DNA from: an uncultured Acidimicrobiales bacterium
GTDB taxonomy: Bacteria; Actinomycetota; Acidimicrobiia; Acidimicrobiales; SZUA-35
Assembly (NCBI GenBank): GCA_937922805.1
Contig: CALAJV010000001.1
Span: 98,560-162,559 of the forward strand
Length of the DNA stretch: 64,000 nt
Reading direction: 5' to 3'
Shown: one piece after another, positions 57,379 to 64,000 of the stretch
Layout of the letters: every line of letters starts with the position of its first letter
Numbering within the stretch: the stretch's first letter is position 1
The notes under the pieces: generated by a model
Told to the model about the DNA's origin: nothing
Databases searched by the model: none
Seen by the model: only the letters and a program-made list of their open reading frames with translations
Made by a program: the position numbers and the translations under genes

Positions 57379-57492
57379 TTTCTGCTATCCCCTTTTCGAT
57401 CGTTTGGTCGTTACAGAGCACCACAAGCACGGGAGTCAGTGCAAGCTCAGGCCAAGATCGACCGAAACTAGTGCCGGTGATACGATTGCCAG

Positions 57493-58983
57493 ATGGTCCT
57501 TGGCAAAGTGTTCGGTCGACGGAACCGCTCGTCCCGAACTTCTCGGGTCATTTCCGATCCTATTGTCACCGCGCTTGAAGCAGCCCTCGCACCCGACCGA
57601 GTCCACCTCGACGGAGCGAACCGGTCGTTAATGAGCCATGATGCTTCGGTCTTCGACGGCGGTGGAGCTGGCCCGGTTTGCTACCCGGTCACCACCGAAG
57701 AAGTGGTGGCGATCATGAACATTGCGACCGAATACGATCGAGCCGTCGTTCCCCGGGGGGCAGGAACCGGATTGGCTGGTGGCGCGATACCGATGGGGGC
57801 ACCAATCGTGGTGGCCCTAACCAAAATGAATGACATCATCGAAGTCGACAGTGAAAATCGGGTGGCCTGGGTTGGGCCCGGTGTAATCAACCTCGACCTT
57901 ACCCGTCATCTACAGCCATTCGGTTACCACTTTGCTCCCGACCCTTCTTCTCAACAGGTCTGCACTATTGGCGGTAACGTCGCAAACAATTCAGGGGGAC
58001 CCCACTGCTTGGCTTACGGGGTTACCAACGCTCACGTCGTGGCGATAGAAGCGGTAGTCCCGTCTGGTGATGTAGTGATGCTGGGTGGACTCGATGCTGA
58101 ACCCATTGGCTACGATTTACGAGGAGCCTTTATCGGCAGCGAAGGCACGCTTGGCATCGCCACCAAAGTTGCGGTGACGATCACAAAAAACGCCCCTGCG
58201 GTTCGAACACTGTTGTTGTCGTTCGACTCGGTGAGCGATGCCGCAAATACCGTCAGCGGCGTTATTGCCGCCGGTGTGGTTCCAGCGGCCATGGAAGTAA
58301 TGGACCAGAAAATCACACAGGCGGTTGAAAATTTCGTCGGCGCTGGTTACCCAACTGATGCAGCTGCTGTTCTGTTAGCCGAAGTCGACGGTTTGGAATC
58401 CGGTATTGATATCGACGCTGAGAAGATTGCTGACGTCGGCCGACAGAACGGGGCCACTGAGGTTCGCCTGGCTCAATCTGACCAAGAACGGGCTCTACTT
58501 TGGAAAGGCCGCAAAACGGCGTTCGGAGCCATCGCCCAAATCGCTCCCGACTACTACCTTCACGACACCGTGGTACCGCGATCGAAACTGGCTGAGGTAC
58601 TGAACGACGTCTACGCCATCGCCGACCGCCACGATCTGTTGGTGATGAACGTGTTTCATGCCGGCGATGGGAACCTACACCCACTTTTGATTTTCGATGC
58701 TCGCCATGAAGGGGTGATGGATCGGGTCCATGCCGCTGGAGCGGAAATAATTGAAGCGTCACTGGCGGCCGGGGGTGTTTTATCCGGCGAGCATGGTATT
58801 GGGGTAGAGAAGCAAAAGTTTATGGACAAGATGTTCAGCACCGCCGATCTCGACCACCAAAATCGCCTCCGGCGTTCGTTCGATCCCACCTGTCGAGCAA
58901 ACCCTGGCAAGGTTTTACCTTCTGGCCACAGCTGCGCTGACATTCAGCAACTCAAGACCATCCCAGTTGGAGTTTGGGGCTGA
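57493..58983 (+). CDS. glcD: FAD-linked oxidase, glycolate oxidase subunit GlcD-like
   Basis: FAD-binding PCMH domain (VVPRGAGTGLAGGA) and C-terminal GEHGIGVEK. Followed by glcE- and glcF-like genes. Confidence 0.8.
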   Translation: MVLGKVFGRRNRSSRTSRVISDPIVTALEAALAPDRVHLDGANRSLMSHDASVFDGGGAGPVCYPVTTEEVVAIMNIATEYDRAVVPRGAGTGLAGGAIPMGAPIVVALTKMNDIIEVDSENRVAWVGPGVINLDLTRHLQPFGYHFAPDPSSQQVCTIGGNVANNSGGPHCLAYGVTNAHVVAIEAVVPSGDVVMLGGLDAEPIGYDLRGAFIGSEGTLGIATKVAVTITKNAPAVRTLLLSFDSVSDAANTVSGVIAAGVVPAAMEVMDQKITQAVENFVGAGYPTDAAAVLLAEVDGLESGIDIDAEKIADVGRQNGATEVRLAQSDQERALLWKGRKTAFGAIAQIAPDYYLHDTVVPRSKLAEVLNDVYAIADRHDLLVMNVFHAGDGNLHPLLIFDARHEGVMDRVHAAGAEIIEASLAAGGVLSGEHGIGVEKQKFMDKMFSTADLDHQNRLRRSFDPTCRANPGKVLPSGHSCADIQQLKTIPVGVWG

Positions 58984-59939
58984 TGGCAGGGGCAAACATC
59001 GATTCAAGACTGGCAGGAATTGCGGAATCCTTCGGGCCAGAAACTGCTGCGTTCGCTGCTGAAGTTACCACCGATGATGCCGTTTCGATAGCAGGAAGAA
59101 AGACCCGATGGGAACTTGGTGGCCCGTTAGCCGAAGGGACAACAACTGTTGCCGCTCCTGCTGGCATCGTTGACTATGTCCCGAACGAGATGATAGCGAC
59201 CGTTCGAGCCGGGACACTAGTAGCCGATCTCAACCAGGAGCTGGCCAATGCCGGACAGCGGAGCGCGTTGGTTGATCGGGGTGGCACGGTCGGCGGCGCG
59301 ATTGCGGTTGGAGAAGACGACCCGTTGGTGCTTGGTGTCGGACGAATCAGAGCTTCGGTGCTCCAAGTACGATACGTGTCGGCCGAGGGCGACGTTATCA
59401 CCGGAGGCGGACCAACGGTTAAGAACGTCACCGGGTTTGATCTGCCAAGGTTGTTTGTTGGTTCGCTTGGAACGCTGGGATCAATCGTCGAGGTAATCGT
59501 ACGCACGAACCCGATCCCTGCTGTGAGCCGATGGTTGATCAGCGACGACGTCGACCCGTTCGCAGTTCGTGACGCTGTTCTTCGTCCGAGCGCCGTGTTT
59601 TGGAACGGTTCGAAAACGTGGGTATTGCTCGAGGGCCATCAGGTCGACGTTGAAGCTGAAGCGTTCAAACTGGACCAAATCGGTTCGTTCAGTGATGCCG
59701 ATGGCGCGCCGACATTTCCTCCTCACCGATGGTCATTCGCTCCAGCTGATCTTAAAGCGCTTCCGACTCAGGATCTCGGCCCATACGTAGCATCTGTGGG
59801 TGTTGGCACTGTCTTCGCCGACAATCAACAACCGAGACGAACCATCGATGCTGGATCACAGACCATCGCAGCCAGACTCAAGGCCGAGTTCGACCCAAAA
59901 GGTCGCTTAAACCCCGGCCGCAACCCCAACAATCGGTGA
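58983..59939 (+). CDS. glcE: Glycolate oxidase FAD-binding subunit GlcE-like
   Basis: Shorter FAD-binding-domain protein (VKNVTGFDLPRLFVGSLGTLG). The ATG overlaps the glcD stop (TGATG). Confidence 0.7.
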   Translation: MAGANIDSRLAGIAESFGPETAAFAAEVTTDDAVSIAGRKTRWELGGPLAEGTTTVAAPAGIVDYVPNEMIATVRAGTLVADLNQELANAGQRSALVDRGGTVGGAIAVGEDDPLVLGVGRIRASVLQVRYVSAEGDVITGGGPTVKNVTGFDLPRLFVGSLGTLGSIVEVIVRTNPIPAVSRWLISDDVDPFAVRDAVLRPSAVFWNGSKTWVLLEGHQVDVEAEAFKLDQIGSFSDADGAPTFPPHRWSFAPADLKALPTQDLGPYVASVGVGTVFADNQQPRRTIDAGSQTIAARLKAEFDPKGRLNPGRNPNNR

Positions 59940-60004
59940 GAACAATGCCCAGCAACCATGCTGCCCAACTCCTGACTCGCCGCCCGACGCTGAGCCCAAG
60001 CAAC

Positions 60005-60040
60005 CCAATGGGTTGCCGCAGTCCAATGGGTTGCCGCAGC
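60005..60040 (+). repeat. Tandem duplication of an 18-nt unit in the glcE-glcF spacer
   Basis: ccaatgggttgccgcagt / ccaatgggttgccgcagc. The first copy forms a palindrome with the preceding gcaaccc (gcaaccc-aat-gggttgc, 60000-60016). Confidence 0.85.
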
Positions 60041-60096
60041 TTCGCAAAACCTATTGGTCGGCCCAACGTGAAACTGGAGGAGCTTGAAAGGTTCCC

Positions 60097-61242
60097 ATGG
60101 ACCTAAAACTCGATGAGGAAGATCTGAATACCTGCGTGCAGTGTGGACTCTGCCTGCCTGCCTGCCCGACGTTTCGAGTAACCGGAGAAGAATCAAAATC
60201 GCCTCGGGGCCGAATAGCGTTGATGCGAGAGGTTCACATCAACAACGCCCCAGTCACCGACGAAGTTATCGAGTCGTTTGAAACCTGCGTGCAGTGTCGG
60301 GGTTGCGAACCGGCGTGCCCATCGAGCGTTCCATACGGTCACCTAATGGAGCAAGCTCGAGAGTCGCTGGCTGATGCCGGCAAGATAACGCCGTTGTGGC
60401 AGCGGCTAGCATTTAAACCGCTAGCAAAGCCTGGTTTACTTCAAACTGGTTCGACGGCCTTGGCGGTAGCTCAACGGTTGAAGCTGGTACCGAAACGGCT
60501 TGGCTTAGCCCAGTCGCTCCCACTCAAACAAGAGCCGCTTGTCGCCTCGGGCGATGATGTTTATCTCTTCACTGGCTGTGTAATGGATGCTTGGCAGCGC
60601 GACGTTCATCGAGCGGGCCAGCGGGTGATCGAAGCGGCTGGGTTCGGAGTAACGCCCACGAACGAGCTCGCTCCTTGTTGTGGCGCTCTCCAGGCTCACG
60701 CCGGCCTCACCAAAGATACTCGCAGATTCGCGGCCAACATGATTGCTGCGTTCGACGACCGTCCTATTTTGGTTGATTCGGCTGGGTGCGGTGCCGCAAT
60801 GAAAGACTACGGACACTTGTTAGGCACCCCGGAGGCTGAAGCTTTATCGGCTCGGGTGTTCGATATCCAAGAGTGGTTAGCTCAACACGTGGACAAATTG
60901 CCGGCCGCTGAACCGATCGACGCAAGAGTTGCGATTCAAGACCCTTGCCATCTGCGCCATGTGCAGCGAGTACACGAAGCAACTAGAACGGTGCTCAGTC
61001 CGTTCGTTCGTGAAATTGTCGAACTTGATGATGACGGACTTTGTTGTGGTGCCGGCGGAGCCTATTCGGTAATGGAACCGGAACTGGCGGGCCAAATTCG
61101 AGAACGCAAGCTCAAAACAATCGACCGGGCCAGACCCGACCTTGTGGCCTCCGCCAATCCAGGGTGCTCGATGCATCTAGCTTCGGCTGGGGTGCCGACG
61201 GTGCATCCAATGGAGTTAGTAAATCGAGCGCTCAGTCGCTAG
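60097..61242 (+). CDS. glcF: Glycolate oxidase iron-sulfur subunit GlcF-like
   Basis: Two ferredoxin-type clusters (CVQCGLCLPACP, CVQCRGCEPACP) followed by two CCG-type Cys-rich domains. Confidence 0.8.
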   Translation: MDLKLDEEDLNTCVQCGLCLPACPTFRVTGEESKSPRGRIALMREVHINNAPVTDEVIESFETCVQCRGCEPACPSSVPYGHLMEQARESLADAGKITPLWQRLAFKPLAKPGLLQTGSTALAVAQRLKLVPKRLGLAQSLPLKQEPLVASGDDVYLFTGCVMDAWQRDVHRAGQRVIEAAGFGVTPTNELAPCCGALQAHAGLTKDTRRFAANMIAAFDDRPILVDSAGCGAAMKDYGHLLGTPEAEALSARVFDIQEWLAQHVDKLPAAEPIDARVAIQDPCHLRHVQRVHEATRTVLSPFVREIVELDDDGLCCGAGGAYSVMEPELAGQIRERKLKTIDRARPDLVASANPGCSMHLASAGVPTVHPMELVNRALSR

Positions 61243-61495
61243 GACATACTGGTTCATGCATCGACAGTTATGGCGTTCTTGATCGACGATCCGCTTGAGC
61301 GTGGCCCAAGCTCTGATGCAGGCGCTCATATTGCGAGTACCGCTGCGAAGAATATGAGACTTAGCGAGGTAAGGACTCTCCAGTTCATGCCCCTAAATCT
61401 AGTAACGAAGACGTCTGTCGCATATAGGGGGGCAACCCCACACGACCATCGACACTGAACACGTTTCCTAGGTGCGGTTACCCAACAAAAGGCCG

Positions 61496-63364
61496 CTACC
61501 AGCCGATTCGCTGGTCAGATTTACCTTTATCCATCTCGGCCCGAGCCTGGGTCACAGTTTCCAACGACGAAACCTCCGGAACGCCTACTTCCCAGAAACT
61601 TCCACCCTCGGTCCAGGTGTATGGATCAACCTTCATGGCGATGACGTAGGTCTTGTCGCTTGCTCTGGCTCGACTAACTGCGGAGCCGAGTTCATCGATT
61701 GACGAAACTGTTTCGGATCCGCACCCCATAGCGGCAGCGTGAGCGGCAAAGTCGACCTCGGTTACATCTCCGCTCAAACGGCAATCAGCCAACAAGTTGT
61801 TGAATGGCTTGCCCCCTTGACCGGTTTGGAGCCGATTGATGACGGCGAAACCTCCGTTGTCGCAAACAATCACGATCATCTTGTGCCCAGACAAAACTGA
61901 GCTGTAAAGATCTGAGTTCATCATCAGGTATGAACCGTCCCCGACGAAGACAAACACGTCACCTTCTCGTTCTGCGCCCCCGCCCGGGCCGTAGGCCATG
62001 GCGGCACCCCACCCTCCTGCTGTTTCGTAACCCATACAGGAGTATCCGTATTCACAGTCGAAGGTGGAAATTCCTTTTGCCCACCATCCGTTATTAACTT
62101 CGCCGGGGAATCCACCGGCGGCAGCCAAACAAACATCGCCTGGTCCAGCTTGATCGTTCACCGCTCGCACCACTTGGGCGTAGCTGACCACCTCGCTCGA
62201 CGCAGCACCGATTTGATCGAGGTAGTCTCGAAATCCTGCCTTTTCGGACGCCGCTTGATCCCACCACGATTCAGGGGCAGACCATCCGTCCAACATTCCC
62301 ATCATTTCACGTAACGTTTCTCGGGCGTCGCCGACCACTGGCAACGACTGATGTTTGATGGCGTCAAATCGAGTGGCGTTGATGCCAACGATTATCGTGT
62401 CTTGGTTTTTGAAGATAGTCCAGGAGCCAGTAGTGAAATCCTGGAGGCGACAACCGATCGCTAACACCACATCAGACTCTGCCGCCAAATTGTTGGCGGC
62501 CTCGCTTCCGGTCACTCCGATTGGACCAACATACGCTTCGTCGTCGCCCAGGAGGCTAGATTTCCCCGCCACAGTTTCGACTACTGGAATCCGATGAGTC
62601 GACGCGAACTCGAGCAGAGTTGCTTCCGCCGCCGAATAGTGAACACCGCCTCCGGCAATAATTAACGGTTTACGAGCTTGCTTTAATGCTCCGACTGCGG
62701 CGACTATTTCGCTCCTATCGGGCCGAGGTCGAGGCACCTCGTGTCGGGTGGGAGCGAAGAACTGCTCCGGATAGTTGAACGCCATGGCTTGCACATCTTG
62801 AGGCAGGCCGATAAACGCTGGGCCTCGAGTTGCCGGGTCAAGCATTGTCGTTAACGCAGCAGGCAGCGACTGAACAATTTGAGCGGGATGAGTGATTCGG
62901 TCCCAAAACTTGGTGACTGGCTTAAACGCATCATTCACCGTTGCTGACGGCTCGCCGAAGTTCTCAACTTGTTGCAGGACCGGATCAGGGATTCGCGACA
63001 CGAACGTGTCGCCGCCAAACAAAAGTAGAGGCAGCCGATTGGCAGACGCGACTGCGGCCGCAGTGACCATGTTGGTTGCTCCCGGGCCGACTGACGACGT
63101 AGCAGCCATGATTTGTCGGGCCTTGACCGCCTTGTTGTAGGCCACAGCAGCGAGCGCCATGCCTTGTTCGTTTTGACCCCGCCAGGTCGGGAACTGATCT
63201 TTAACTTCTTCCAACGCATGACCAAGGCAGGTAACGTTGCCGTGGCCAAAGATGCCGTAGATGCCGGGGAACAGAGGGGCTTCTGTTCCTTCATCTAGTG
63301 TGGTGGTTTGAGCCATCATCCATCGAACAATGGCTTGAGCGGTCGTTAATCGAATCGTCTGCAT
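61496..63364 (-). CDS. iolD: Thiamine-diphosphate enzyme, 3D-(3,5/4)-trihydroxycyclohexane-1,2-dione acylhydrolase (IolD)-like
   Basis: N-terminal IRLTTAQAIVRWM, ThDP motif GDGSYLMMNSDL, 622 aa. It is adjacent to an IolG-like dehydrogenase gene. Confidence 0.7.
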   Translation of the reverse strand: MQTIRLTTAQAIVRWMMAQTTTLDEGTEAPLFPGIYGIFGHGNVTCLGHALEEVKDQFPTWRGQNEQGMALAAVAYNKAVKARQIMAATSSVGPGATNMVTAAAVASANRLPLLLFGGDTFVSRIPDPVLQQVENFGEPSATVNDAFKPVTKFWDRITHPAQIVQSLPAALTTMLDPATRGPAFIGLPQDVQAMAFNYPEQFFAPTRHEVPRPRPDRSEIVAAVGALKQARKPLIIAGGGVHYSAAEATLLEFASTHRIPVVETVAGKSSLLGDDEAYVGPIGVTGSEAANNLAAESDVVLAIGCRLQDFTTGSWTIFKNQDTIIVGINATRFDAIKHQSLPVVGDARETLREMMGMLDGWSAPESWWDQAASEKAGFRDYLDQIGAASSEVVSYAQVVRAVNDQAGPGDVCLAAAGGFPGEVNNGWWAKGISTFDCEYGYSCMGYETAGGWGAAMAYGPGGGAEREGDVFVFVGDGSYLMMNSDLYSSVLSGHKMIVIVCDNGGFAVINRLQTGQGGKPFNNLLADCRLSGDVTEVDFAAHAAAMGCGSETVSSIDELGSAVSRARASDKTYVIAMKVDPYTWTEGGSFWEVGVPEVSSLETVTQARAEMDKGKSDQRIGW

Positions 63365-63392
63365 GGTGGACTTTCTCTTGTTCTGGACGTAT

Positions 63393-64000
63393 CTAGTTGT
63401 CGAACTCGCTGATCTTCACCGGGCGCTGCTCAGTAACCGACCGTAGGGCTGCTTTGCCAATTACGAGCGGAGCCCGTCCGTCGGTTCCGGTAACAAGGGT
63501 TGGAGTTCCGTTTGATACTGCGGCCACGAACGCTTCCCATTGAGCAACATAGGAAGGGATATAGCGGTCAAGAAAGAAGTGAGGAACCGTCGCTGAGGCG
63601 CCTCCGGCAGCAGTTCGGGTCACTGCGTAATGGTCGGCGTGATTCTCAGAGGCGGAAACTCCAAGCGATCCGAACGCTTCGACTCGCTGATCGTATCCGT
63701 AGGCCGCTTGACGGCAGTTACTGATCGTGGTCTGGGTGCCATCGGCGTGAACCAATAGGACCGTGATGGTGTCGTAATCACCGGCGGCGCCGATTGCGGG
63801 ATCGACAGTTACTGCTCCTCGGGCATATACCTCTTCGACTTCTGAGCCGGCCACAAAACGGGCCATATCGAAGTCGTGGATAGTCATGTCGTTGAAGATC
63901 CCGCCACTAACCTCGATGTAGGAAATCGGTGGTGGAGCTGGGTCACGGCTAATTATGCTTATTTGTCGTAGGTCGCCGATCGTGCCCTCAACCACAGCCT
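63393..64000 (-). CDS. iolG: Gfo/Idh/MocA-family dehydrogenase (inositol 2-dehydrogenase-like), C-terminal part; the gene continues beyond the window
   Basis: The C-terminal alpha/beta domain of the family (ISRDPAPPPISYIEVSGGIFNDMTIHDFDMARF). The reading frame stays open to the window edge. Confidence 0.6.
   Translation of the reverse strand, partial: AVVEGTIGDLRQISIISRDPAPPPISYIEVSGGIFNDMTIHDFDMARFVAGSEVEEVYARGAVTVDPAIGAAGDYDTITVLLVHADGTQTTISNCRQAAYGYDQRVEAFGSLGVSASENHADHYAVTRTAAGGASATVPHFFLDRYIPSYVAQWEAFVAAVSNGTPTLVTGTDGRAPLVIGKAALRSVTEQRPVKISEFDN

Overview
This is a moderately high-GC chromosomal segment. Gene content suggests Actinomycetota (lipoproteins, Pro/Thr-rich linkers, many GTG/TTG starts, LLM oxidoreductases, WD40-type Ser/Thr kinase), but that placement is inference. 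I saw no rRNA, tRNA, CRISPR array, transposase or integrase.

Layout from left to right:
- Truncated dcd.
- A four-gene ABC operon resembling the zinc-uptake ZrgABCD system, with a Zur-box-like palindrome at its promoter.
- serA, a serB-like HAD gene and a VOC gene.
- A signalling and envelope stretch: a membrane-tethered ECF sigma factor, a beta-propeller protein, a Ser/Thr kinase with beta-propeller repeats, and a sulfatase.
- About 0.8 kb of non-coding DNA with strong hairpins.
- Four secreted envelope enzymes.
- A 1235-aa TPR protein with a possible glycosyltransferase-like C-terminus, transcribed divergently from a nine-gene, translationally coupled pseudaminic-acid operon. The operon order is pseB-pseC-pseF-pseG, then a dehydratase/methyltransferase/ATP-grasp/HAD block, then pseI. 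No pseH is present.
- A TPR lipoprotein.
- A thioredoxin-fold gene interrupted by one in-frame TGA at the catalytic position, with a downstream hairpin. I read it as a candidate selenoprotein.
- Ordinary metabolism: LLM oxidoreductase, hydrolase, MFS transporter, M1 peptidase, an Atu/Mcc-like carboxylase cluster with TetR, glcDEF, and iolD/iolG.

The leads I rate highest are the variant Pse island with its giant TPR protein, the UGA-containing redoxin, and the fused sigma factor. All functional calls come from motif recognition by eye. No database searches were run.
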